Both the position numbers and the translations under genes were made by a program. Positions 1-8,828 of a DNA stretch of 64,000 nt are shown here, one piece after another. The stretch is from a virus. Where the stretch lies: UHGV virus genome UHGV-1364187. One strand, given 5' to 3'. Numbering within the stretch: position 1 is the stretch's first letter; each line of letters starts with the position of its first letter. The notes under the pieces are model-generated. The model ran no database searches. It was not told the DNA's origin and was given only the letters and a program-made list of their open reading frames with translations.

Positions 1-1551
1 ATTAATCTCATCAAATGGTATTGTAACAATACCATCAACATCAGTATATTTATCTATCATAGCAGATAGTTCTGGTGTAAAGTAAATATCATCATCATCT
101 TCTGTTGACAATGAGAATAAGTTTCCTTCTTCATCTCTAACTTTAATCTCACATACAGATTGATTATACTCATAGTTTTCATATTCATTTTCAATATGAA
201 TTTCACTATCAATAATCAATAAAGTGTCTTTTATCTCTATATCATCTCTAATAGATATAAGATTTCCATCTAATATAAAGAAGTCACCAAATTGTTTAAC
301 CCATTTAAGTTCTTTAATTTTCGCTTCTAATAGATGCTTTGCTGATAAAAGTTTTTGAGTCAATTCTGATGATAATAATTCAGCTGCAATCTTACCAATA
401 TTGATATCCCTATTAGTGTATGCAACATCCCCATAACATTTATAACAAATACCATTACCTTCTGAAAATGATTTACATTTAGCAGGAGATCTAAAGTAAA
501 CAGTTTTACCAATAAGATCCATTTCCATTCCTGTTATCATAAACTCTTGTCCATCTGGATAGAATCTATAATATCTAGAGATATATTTCTTCAGCATTTC
601 ATAACTAGTAATAGTTATCTTAACGAAATTTCTTGTACCACAATCATAATTTGGATCTTCATTAAGCTCTGTATCTTGATTATTTAAACCTAATAAACGT
701 GCTAAATGCCCACTATCAGATACATTAGTCTTAGATAATAATTGTGCAGTACGACCACTATATTCCTCAATAGTGTGTTCTGTAGCATTACTTAATCCAC
801 CAACAATATAGTTTGAATTAATAATCTTACTAAAGATCCCACCAACTCCATTTGGTTTAGCACCACCAGCTACAGCAAACTCTCTATGCTGTTTCTTATT
901 AATAGCTTCTCTAGCTTTAAATGAATCTTTATAACAATGATCTTCTGAATTTTTAATAATATCAACAAGTTCATCATTAAGTTGATTTGCTATATTATTA
1001 ACTTCATTTATAGGATATCCAGATAAATCACAATGCATAATATCGTATGCTCTCGGGTTTTCATTCATAAGATCTCTATAATCTTTAAGATTAGCAGTAT
1101 TAGCCAAGAACATACTAAATTCATCTATAGATTTGAATTGATATTCGATATCATCTATGATATTATTTAACCTAATATTATCCATATCTTTTCTATATGG
1201 AATAATAAGATAATTATTGATAAAGTCTGCTATCATGTCAGCTACAAAATCATCTTCAAATACTAGATGTTTTGGTTCGATATGATTTCCTGTCATAACT
1301 ACAAGTTTCCATAATGCTATATTAGTATAACTATCTGGTATTGACAAATCAACATCTGTACCATCGTCAAACACATAAGTGATAAAGTTGGACATTACTT
1401 GATCACTATTAATTCCATCTCTTAATACATTTAAGAGAGAGTTAAAGTAATAATCTACATTATCAGATGTAATATCTTTTGTGTAGATTATTGTTTTCTC
1501 GCCTCTTGTAAAACTTACAAAAGGACCATAGTTTTCTGGATAATCAAACAT
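1..1551 (-). CDS. Phage multisubunit RNA polymerase beta-prime subunit, C-terminal fragment. Partial: the ATG is at 1551..1549 and the ORF runs past the window start.
   Basis: My own reverse-strand translation of 1..1551 (not in the supplied track) contains RSPAKCKSF..GICYKCYGD..INIGKIAAELLSSELTQ, which matches beta-prime region G ([38 protein letters not shown]). It also contains VSDSGHLARLLGL, which matches region H (SGYLTRRLVDV). An RBS, aaaaataggaggg, lies upstream at 1556-1568. Confidence 0.6.
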   Translation of the reverse strand, partial: MFDYPENYGPFVSFTRGEKTIIYTKDITSDNVDYYFNSLLNVLRDGINSDQVMSNFITYVFDDGTDVDLSIPDSYTNIALWKLVVMTGNHIEPKHLVFEDDFVADMIADFINNYLIIPYRKDMDNIRLNNIIDDIEYQFKSIDEFSMFLANTANLKDYRDLMNENPRAYDIMHCDLSGYPINEVNNIANQLNDELVDIIKNSEDHCYKDSFKAREAINKKQHREFAVAGGAKPNGVGGIFSKIINSNYIVGGLSNATEHTIEEYSGRTAQLLSKTNVSDSGHLARLLGLNNQDTELNEDPNYDCGTRNFVKITITSYEMLKKYISRYYRFYPDGQEFMITGMEMDLIGKTVYFRSPAKCKSFSEGNGICYKCYGDVAYTNRDINIGKIAAELLSSELTQKLLSAKHLLEAKIKELKWVKQFGDFFILDGNLISIRDDIEIKDTLLIIDSEIHIENEYENYEYNQSVCEIKVRDEEGNLFSLSTEDDDDIYFTPELSAMIDKYTDVDGIVTIPFDEIN

Positions 1552-1660
1552 TAATATCCCTCCTATTTTTCTTAATATATTAAAGTTAATTCTTGTGTAA
1601 CTTTCAAATATATAATATATGATTTCATTTCATATTACTAAGAAAAAATAAAAGAACGGA

Positions 1661-1876
1661 TTACTCTGTTCTTTTATATTCTAAATCAAATACATCCATA
1701 ATAGTATCTAGATTTATACCTATAGATGATAATTTTTCTAATATATATTTCCGATATTCCATTTTAGTCTTTTCATGTATACACTTAACTCTAGAATACT
1801 TTGTGTATAATTTATCATTGTTTCTAGCAGCCATTCTAATACATATAGATTTTAATATATCATCACTTAAATTCAT
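1661..1876 (-). CDS. Hypothetical 71-aa protein
   Basis: ORF with an upstream RBS (aaagggggatgatt). Nothing recognisable. Confidence 0.4.
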   Translation of the reverse strand: MNLSDDILKSICIRMAARNNDKLYTKYSRVKCIHEKTKMEYRKYILEKLSSIGINLDTIMDVFDLEYKRTE

Positions 1877-2063
1877 AATTAATCATCCCCCTTTTAATAA
1901 TTATTAAAATCTACACCATATACTTTTTCTATTACTGTAAGTAGTTCAATATACTCATTTTCAGTAATAGGTTTACCATTGTGTGCAAATTGTTCAGTTT
2001 TTCCTCTATTTTTATAATACACAATACCATAATGATCTGTAATGATTTCCTCAATATCATCTA

Positions 2064-2366
2064 TTATAGTAATTGTAATATATATTTTTTTTGATCACCA
2101 ACTCTTGTAGATGAAAATACTATTAATGTATAATCTTTAGGTACGCCTTTATTGTCATCTATTTCGCAACCACAACTAGAAATACTATCATGTAAATCTA
2201 GATCTTCATCATATATAAAGTTTCTAATGAGTGACACATCACCACCATTCCAATTTTCTGGATTCCACGATCTGTCTTCATTAAACGCTCTAACTGGTTT
2301 AGATGCAAATCTTGGATTTGCACAATTTTCCTTATATAATTTTACAAATAATTCATGATTTACCAT
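2064..2366 (-). CDS. Hypothetical protein. The 3' end continues in another frame after an A8 run (see findings).
   Basis: 100-aa ORF with an upstream promoter/leader cassette variant. An open 65-codon continuation (1878..2070) lacks any start codon. Confidence 0.45.
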   Translation of the reverse strand: MVNHELFVKLYKENCANPRFASKPVRAFNEDRSWNPENWNGGDVSLIRNFIYDEDLDLHDSISSCGCEIDDNKGVPKDYTLIVFSSTRVGDQKKYILQLL

Positions 2367-2463
2367 AACTTAAACATCTCCTTTATTATTCTTTTATTCA
2401 ATAGTATAATATAATAATTGAAAATAATATTGGATAGAGTATAAAAACTCTATCCAATATTAA

Positions 2464-2916
2464 TTATGCTTTTTTAAGAGGTGCAATTGTTACTCTTCTT
2501 CTGAATGCATTTGGTACTTCTTTAATGTATTCTTTTTGAGCTTTTACCGCAGCTCTTGATGCTAAAGTACCATACTTAGCTTCCATTTTTTCTTCAAGAG
2601 ATTTTTCTTTCTCTTTATGTTTCTTCCATTGTTTCCATAATGGGTCATTCTTTTGTTGTGCTAAATAGATAGCAGCAGATTTTGTACGTCTTGATAAATC
2701 ATCAAGTTTTGAAAGAACTACTACAGAGTTAGCTTCTGTAATAATACCTTTATCGAACATTGCTTTAGCTACATCTGATTCTAAGAATTGCTCAAATTCT
2801 TCTTTAATAGGCATAGCCATAGCTAGTTCTTCCCATACCATAGCCTCTTTAATTGCTTTTTCATTATCTTCCTCTGTTTGAATTCTTGTATGTTCAAATA
2901 ATGCATCACCAAACAT
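2464..2916 (-). CDS. Hypothetical basic protein, 150 aa
   Basis: ORF with RBS aaggaggaatta, followed by terminator 2996..3040. Confidence 0.5.
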   Translation of the reverse strand: MFGDALFEHTRIQTEEDNEKAIKEAMVWEELAMAMPIKEEFEQFLESDVAKAMFDKGIITEANSVVVLSKLDDLSRRTKSAAIYLAQQKNDPLWKQWKKHKEKEKSLEEKMEAKYGTLASRAAVKAQKEYIKEVPNAFRRRVTIAPLKKA

Positions 2917-3108
2917 ATTAATTCCTCCTTAATTAGACTATATTGATTTATTTAAATGTTTTCATATATAAACTAATAAAGAGACAATTATGACAAAAAA
3001 TAAAAGGTAGTAGACTATATATCTACTACCTTTTATTATTTAAAGTTCTATCTTTAATACTATCTATAACTTATTATTTTTCATATAAAATACACTCATT
3101 TTTTTTAA

Positions 3109-3735
3109 TTATAATTCTTCTACTGATTCTCTTCCATCATTATTTATAATATTGTATGGTTCTTTAACATTTACAATTATTAAATCTGAACAACTTGTGT
3201 CTGCTTTACTACCTAATTCTTCTACTACTCTTATTAAATTTTCATCATCTCTTTTTATATCTTCAAAATTAAAGTCTATTTTTTCGCATAATTTAACATC
3301 TTCGATTTCTTCATCATAATAAGTATTAGTAAAGAATATACTATCTGAATTAATACGATATGATATGCTCAAAAATAATTCTGTAACTAATTTAGCTTTA
3401 TTGTCATCTATAGTCTTAAAATATGCGTATACATCTGAATTTGTTCTAAGTTTTAGATATTCAATACATGCTAACACACTTAAATCAAACCTACCAAAAC
3501 AATCATTAATTACTATTTGTTTCGTATTTTCTTTATCACTATCATGTTTATAATAAGAATATAATTCATCTGAATATATCATCTCATTACCACGATAATA
3601 TTGTTTTTCAATACTAACTTCAGCTTCTTGTTCAAAGTATTCTTCCAATTCTTCATTTTTATGTCCTAAGAATAAAACTACTTTTTCTAATAAACCACTT
3701 TTTTCATTGAATCTTTCATCTAATACTTTAATCAT
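3109..3735 (-). CDS. Hypothetical protein, 208 aa
   Basis: ORF preceded by the conserved promoter/leader cassette (3740-3795). Confidence 0.5.
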   Translation of the reverse strand: MIKVLDERFNEKSGLLEKVVLFLGHKNEELEEYFEQEAEVSIEKQYYRGNEMIYSDELYSYYKHDSDKENTKQIVINDCFGRFDLSVLACIEYLKLRTNSDVYAYFKTIDDNKAKLVTELFLSISYRINSDSIFFTNTYYDEEIEDVKLCEKIDFNFEDIKRDDENLIRVVEELGSKADTSCSDLIIVNVKEPYNIINNDGRESVEEL

Positions 3736-3760
3736 AATTAAACATCTCCTTTAGATATAA

Positions 3761-3795
3761 TATTATTATTCATTTATATAATATATAATTGAAAT
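3761..3795 (-). promoter_or_regulatory. Conserved phage promoter/leader motif. On the minus strand it reads AATTATATATTATATAAATGAATAATAATATTA, followed by AAAGGAGATGTTT and the ATG.
   Basis: The same roughly 35-nt motif, with small variants, occurs at 2381-2440, 4215-4246, 7489-7523, 9071-9102, 12591-12628, 15423-15475, 18773-18808, 40811-40845, 50607-50647, 56270-56306, 58956-58984 and 60349-60380. Each copy sits 20-50 nt upstream of a minus-strand start codon. Confidence 0.55.
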
Positions 3796-3805
3796 AATGC
3801 TTTTT

Positions 3806-4204
3806 TTACAAATCTTGTTTAAAATATACATATTCTATACCATCATCATCTGTTCTGACTATATAATCACTACCATCAGGAATTTCAACTACTCTAAATT
3901 TATCACTTTCATATTCTTCCACAATAGATATAAATAATTCATCTGTTCTGTTATAATCTGTAATAGCATTTATACTTATATAATTTGTTTCTAATATATC
4001 GTTACATACATAGAATGTATACTCTATACATATCATATTTTTTACATCATTAAGTTTACATTTTTCGTTTCTATTAAAGAGTACATTTTTAGAGTATATT
4101 TCTATACTCTCTGTATTATACTTACGTCTTAAGTACTCATATACAGTCTTCACTCTAAGAATGTTGTTTAATTGATTTGATAAAATTACTTTCATTATAA
4201 ACAT
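3806..4204 (-). CDS. Hypothetical protein, 132 aa
   Basis: ORF preceded by the conserved cassette (4205-4246). Confidence 0.5.
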   Translation of the reverse strand: MFIMKVILSNQLNNILRVKTVYEYLRRKYNTESIEIYSKNVLFNRNEKCKLNDVKNMICIEYTFYVCNDILETNYISINAITDYNRTDELFISIVEEYESDKFRVVEIPDGSDYIVRTDDDGIEYVYFKQDL

Positions 4205-4326
4205 CTCCTTTTAATATTATATTCATTTATATAATATATAATTATAATATTTATCAATTTCAATAATATTTGAAAGTATAAATTGTCTCTAACTTATCTA
4301 TAATGATTAAATAAGGAGGAATTAGG

Positions 4327-5367
4327 ATGGTCTTAGAAGAAAATTTAAATGATATGGAAGTTATCAAAAGATACAAGCAATTTTTTAAGGAGATGATTTG
4401 GTTTAATAAACCAAACATATCTGAGCAAGAATTAGAAGATGTAATGAATTGGTCAATACAGAAGAGAATCAAAAATTCATCATTAGAATTATATGATTCT
4501 TATAAGGAAAAACGAGCAGATTCATCAGTATTAGAATGGCTAGAATACTTCTATGCTAATGAACCAATTATAACTCCCAATGGGGTTATGTTTAAAAAAC
4601 ATAATGAAGAGCTTAATCCTGTGAATAAAATGATACAGGGATTCTTAAAAACACGTGCTAAATACAAAAAAGAAATGTTTAAATATCCTAAAGGATCTCG
4701 TGAATTTGAAAAATATAACCTACTTCAACTTCTCTCCAAGATTGATGCTAATAGTATATATGGTTGTTTAGGTAATTGGAGTGCTGTATATTATAACGTA
4801 AATGTTGCTAGTTCAGTTACAGCATGTGGTAAATCTTCTATTTCAGCAGCAGGTTTAGCATTTGAACAGTTCTTAGCAAATAACGTTAAATTTAGAAAGT
4901 TAGACGAAGTTATAGTATTTATTAATCATATCATTAAAGAAAAACCAAATAGAAAATTCAATGATAAAGATATTCTAGATAGAGATATTACAGTAGAAGA
5001 ATGTTTTATAAAAGTAATGTCTACATGTGGTCATGGTTATACTCCTTCTATGGAAGATTGTGAAATCATATGGGATATTATTAGTAAACTTAACAGTGAA
5101 GATCTTAATAGAATATACTATAAGAATAATCTATTAGAATTCTTTGACAATAAAGTAATGACTAATATGGTTATAGAAGTATTAAAGAGACTCAATAAAC
5201 CTTGGATGGATCCGAATAAAGTTCCAAAAGAAATTGAACTTGAAATGGATACAATGTGGGATTTAGTAAGTGAATATGTATTTTATAAATATCAAATCAT
5301 TGATAGACAAGATAGATTAGAGTTTCTTCCAAGAAAAATTACATGTATTATAGACACCGACTCTTTT
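4327..5367 (+). CDS. Family B DNA polymerase, C-terminal (palm/thumb) polypeptide, exon 1
   Basis: Carries motif B (LLQLLSKIDANSIYGCLG, the K..NS.YG pattern) and motif C (IIDTDS). The ORF stops immediately after DTDSFA at the intron boundary. Strong RBS taaggaggaattagg. Confidence 0.8.
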
Positions 5368-5772
5368 GCATAATAAACTGTTTTATTATGTAAATAGGAG
5401 CATTATATAGTAATATATAATGAAAACCCTTTTAATTGCTGGGAAGCCTTAAAGCTCACCTGCCTATATTTTAATGAATATAGGAACGAAAGTAGAAACA
5501 AGTGGTGAGATAGTATATGGTGTAAACCTAAGTACTGCAAACAATGGGTAATCAGCAGCGAAGTTTCTTATAAAGTTATAAGAAGAACGTTCAACGACTA
5601 TCGAAAAGACATGTTTATATAAACATGGAACTGAGTAGAGTACACTCAAGTGAGTGGAAATGGAGGGGGTCTTATTTTATATAAGATCATGATATAGTCT
5701 GCTCACTATGGAAACATAGTGAAGTTCATAAGAGAACTGCATAGAATTAACGACTCTATGTGAACATAAAGG
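5368..5772 (+). ncRNA. Group I self-splicing intron, with no homing-endonuclease ORF, inside the DNA polymerase gene between motif C and KKRY
   Basis: A roughly 400-nt ORF-free segment, GC-richer than its surroundings. A P7-like pairing is visible (ACGACTAT ... ATAGTCT). The core AATCAGCAGCGAAG..AAGAAGAACGTTCAACGACTATC is shared with two other introns in the window. The flanking exons are in the same frame. The exact splice junction is uncertain by about 3 nt. Confidence 0.6.
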
Positions 5773-6849
5773 AATATTTTGAACTTAGATTTTTGGTATA
5801 GATTTATCAAAGATAAAGTAATCGGTATTGATATGAAAATTAAACATGAAATGTATGACATTGCAGAAATCATTAAAGCTGATGAATTTGGTGATAGAGA
5901 AATGATGAAGCCTGCAGAGATAGTAGATATCGAAGATGATTATGATTTCTATGAAGATGAAACAGTAGAAATGGAAAGATTAATCAATCCTGCAAAATTA
6001 GTACCAAATGACTCATTAAGATATTCTATAATAAATATTATAGCATACTTATGTGGTAATATGATTAATGAAGAGATGGTATTATACACAAAACAGAACA
6101 ATTCTTATAGTCCTGATAGACCATGTAGTCTTATTATGAAGAATGAATTCTTATTTAAAAGAGTTTTATTGACAAATGTAAAGAAAAGCTACGCTAGCAT
6201 CATAGAGGTTCAGGAAGGAAATATAGTACCATCTTCCAGTTCATTGGACGTGAAAGGATTACAAATTAGAAAATCAACACTACCAAAAAGAACAAGAGAT
6301 CAATTACAAAGTATATTATATGAAGATATACTAAACTCTGGAGATAATCTCGATCAAAGATGCATACTCAAAGATATTATATTATTAGAAAAACAAATTT
6401 ATAAATCACTTACATCTGGTAGTAAAGAATACTTTAGACCAGCACAAGTTAAAGCTATGGGATCATATGAAAATCCACTAAGAATTTCTGGATTTAAGGG
6501 ATGTGTTGTATGGAATGAGTTAACAGATCTTAATACAGAAAAACATGATCTTAATATTAGAAATGCTGTTGATATTATCAAAGTAGTTTTAAATGCAAAA
6601 ACTGTCGATAAATTAAAAGATTTTCCTGATGTATATGAGAGAGCTGTGAAGCTATTAAACGATCCATCATTTGCAGGGGGAATTAATGGTATATCTGTAC
6701 CATTAGGAGTAGAAACACCAGAGTGGTTATATCAAATTATCGATTATAATACAATTATTAATGATAATTTATCAGTAATGCCATTAGAAAGTGTAGATAT
6801 AATTATTGGAAATTCCAATATAAACTATTCAAATATGGTGCAAATGTAA
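5773..6849 (+). CDS. Family B DNA polymerase C-terminal polypeptide, exon 2
   Basis: Contains the KKRY-type motif (NVKKSYASII) and thumb-like sequence. It is in frame with exon 1 after intron removal. There is an in-frame TAA at 5767, so exon 2 cannot begin before 5770. Confidence 0.7.
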   Translation, partial: NILNLDFWYRFIKDKVIGIDMKIKHEMYDIAEIIKADEFGDREMMKPAEIVDIEDDYDFYEDETVEMERLINPAKLVPNDSLRYSIINIIAYLCGNMINEEMVLYTKQNNSYSPDRPCSLIMKNEFLFKRVLLTNVKKSYASIIEVQEGNIVPSSSSLDVKGLQIRKSTLPKRTRDQLQSILYEDILNSGDNLDQRCILKDIILLEKQIYKSLTSGSKEYFRPAQVKAMGSYENPLRISGFKGCVVWNELTDLNTEKHDLNIRNAVDIIKVVLNAKTVDKLKDFPDVYERAVKLLNDPSFAGGINGISVPLGVETPEWLYQIIDYNTIINDNLSVMPLESVDIIIGNSNINYSNMVQM

Positions 6850-6892
6850 AAAAATAAAAGAAGAGTCAATTAAGACTCTTCTTTTATTATTG
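6849..6892. terminator. Bidirectional intrinsic terminator (AAAAAATAAAAG-stem-loop-stem-TTTTATT format)
   Basis: A perfect hairpin (aaaagaagagtc aattaa gactcttctttt) flanked by A-runs and T-runs, between convergent genes. Confidence 0.7.
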
Positions 6893-7481
6893 TTGCTGGA
6901 ATAATTAATTTATTGTATCTCATCTCTGCATGTGTGCCATACTCATCATATGGAAGATTATTATCAACTCCAGCAAAGTTTAAAAACTCGTTAGAATCTA
7001 CTAAATTATTATTGCTTATAATATTTCCTATAGATTCTAATGATCCATCTAATTGATTTTTATCAATTTCTAATGTATTAGTAATTCCTTTATCACTATC
7101 ACCCCATTGAACATGATATTCATATGGAGCATCCGATATTGGATTACCATATAAATCACATTGTCTAACTTGACATAATCTCATATCAACTCCAACTGTA
7201 GGTCTCATAATTCCATCATAATTATAAAAACAATTAGTTTGAGTATAAAAATGTACAACACAATCATTTGATATATCTGTGTTTATGTAGTTAGATTTAA
7301 TATAGTCTATAATCCATTGTGTAGTGTTACTATCGTTTCTATATACAAAATCGTTTCTAAACATAATTTCATCATAGAATTCGCTTGTATCTGGATTTAG
7401 GTTACAGTCATCAGATACAATAAGACAATTAGTCTCATAGTTTAATAATACATATAAATTTTTTAACATAACACATTCCAC
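6870..7481 (-). CDS. Hypothetical protein, 203 aa
   Basis: ORF with the conserved cassette upstream (7489-7523). Convergent terminator at 6849-6892. Confidence 0.45.
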   Translation of the reverse strand: MECVMLKNLYVLLNYETNCLIVSDDCNLNPDTSEFYDEIMFRNDFVYRNDSNTTQWIIDYIKSNYINTDISNDCVVHFYTQTNCFYNYDGIMRPTVGVDMRLCQVRQCDLYGNPISDAPYEYHVQWGDSDKGITNTLEIDKNQLDGSLESIGNIISNNNLVDSNEFLNFAGVDNNLPYDEYGTHAEMRYNKLIIPATIIKEES

Positions 7482-7685
7482 CTTTTCATAATATTATTTT
7501 ACACATATATAATATATAATCTAAAATGATTTTACTTAAAAAATAAGTATAGAATTTATAGTTCTATACTTACGAATTGTATACATATCTTGTCAATCTA
7601 TTATAGATAGACAAGATATGCTTTTTCTCCATTTTGTTGTTTACTCTCATATTTTTATCTCCTTTATTTTAGCTTAAAATTATGT

Positions 7686-8015
7686 TTATCTTATTGTACG
7701 TCTCATGTCAAATTCAATGTCAAATAATTTTGAATCTACTTTATTCAATTCATTAATAGCATTATGCAATAGTTGTTGTTCTGATTCTGTTAAAGATTCT
7801 GTTGATCTAACTTTAGATTGCAATAAAGATATTGCATTATCTAAGTATTCTTTTTTATTGCATAATTTTTTGTATTTGACTTCTAATGAATCTTCTTCCA
7901 TTATATCACATCCTTCTTTATCACGATAATATAAGAAACAAATCTCAGTAAGAGATTTGTTTGCTTTCTTTAATAATTCTTTTTGTTCTTTATTTAATTT
8001 CATCATATCTATCAT
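7686..8015 (-). CDS. Small coiled-coil protein, 109 aa
   Basis: Heptad-rich sequence. Member of a run of five small helical proteins. Confidence 0.45.
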   Translation of the reverse strand: MIDMMKLNKEQKELLKKANKSLTEICFLYYRDKEGCDIMEEDSLEVKYKKLCNKKEYLDNAISLLQSKVRSTESLTESEQQLLHNAINELNKVDSKLFDIEFDMRRTIR

Positions 8016-8035
8016 TCTCCTTTTAATTTATAATA

Positions 8036-8242
8036 TTATTTTATTTCTTCTGTAAGTTTTTTAATCTCATCAAGGCATTCTTCCATTTGACATAATAATT
8101 TGTCTAACTCGTCATGTAATATGTGTTTATTCTTATTTGTATTTTCCATCATACTATATATCTTATAATGTTTAGAATATATTTCATCCATCTTGTTATA
8201 ATATAACATTAGCCCTTCAATACGTTTCATCTTTTGTTCCAT
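8036..8242 (-). CDS. Small coiled-coil protein, 68 aa
   Basis: Heptad-rich. RBS aggggg. Confidence 0.4.
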   Translation of the reverse strand: MEQKMKRIEGLMLYYNKMDEIYSKHYKIYSMMENTNKNKHILHDELDKLLCQMEECLDEIKKLTEEIK

Positions 8243-8288
8243 AATAAACCCCCTAAAATATATAATTGATGTTTTATAAATTGATGTA

Positions 8289-8528
8289 TTATCTATCTGA
8301 TCTAACTCTAATTACTTCACATAAACTGAGAAAATAATTCTCAGTCATAGAATATAAATATCTTGTAAAAGCTATCCTATTAGAGATAGCTTTTATTAAT
8401 ACCTTGTCTATGATAGATAATCCATCATGACTTTTTAATGTATACAGTACTAATGATAATCTTTCTATTGATCTTGCTAAACTTCTTAATACCATTCCTA
8501 TAACGTTTCTATATACTTTTAATACCAT
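8289..8528 (-). CDS. Small hypothetical protein, 79 aa
   Basis: Shares the leader/RBS element ATAA(A/C)TAAACAACTCCTTTAAATTT with the gene at 9020 and with the decayed locus at 16903. The body contains hairpins, so it could instead be non-coding. Confidence 0.3.
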   Translation of the reverse strand: MVLKVYRNVIGMVLRSLARSIERLSLVLYTLKSHDGLSIIDKVLIKAISNRIAFTRYLYSMTENYFLSLCEVIRVRSDR

Positions 8529-8557
8529 AATAAAACAACTCCTTTAAATTTAATATT

Positions 8558-8809
8558 TTAAGCAACTTGATTTACAAGTTGCTCTAATCTTCTGTTAAGT
8601 TTTTGTACTTCTTCCATAGTTCTATCTATATTAGACATAACTCTATCAAGAGCTTCTATTAATACTAACTTTGTTTTTGCATCTTTGTATTTATCTAACT
8701 CACAAGTATACTTATGATAATTGATTTCATAAGTATCTAATAGTTTATCATACTCCATAAGTTGAGTATTAATTTTTAGCACTTCTTCTTTTAATTCGTA
8801 ATTTTTCAT
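8558..8809 (-). CDS. Small coiled-coil protein, 83 aa
   Basis: Heptad-rich. RBS ggagg. Confidence 0.45.
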   Translation of the reverse strand: MKNYELKEEVLKINTQLMEYDKLLDTYEINYHKYTCELDKYKDAKTKLVLIEALDRVMSNIDRTMEEVQKLNRRLEQLVNQVA

Positions 8810-8828
8810 ACCAATTCCTCCATACCTT

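Noticed and set aside
2152-2358. Short antisense ORFs inside larger genes. Examples: 2152..2358 +, 3365..3553 +, 12138..12344 +, 13111..13374 +, 24185..24388 +, 25652..25970 -, 28647..28904 -, 30978..31178 -, 36013..36292, 41945..42322 +, 48073..48846 +, 50779..51210 +, 54896..55216 +, 57212..57526 +.
   Set aside because: They lie opposite well-supported genes in AT-rich DNA. Their low-complexity Ile/Leu/Phe-rich translations and lack of an RBS are the signature of spurious antisense frames.
5464-5649. 61-aa minus-strand ORF inside the DNA polymerase intron
   Set aside because: It lies within the structured intron core and is antisense to it. It has no RBS and no endonuclease motifs (LAGLIDADG, GIY-YIG, HNH), so it is not a homing-endonuclease gene.
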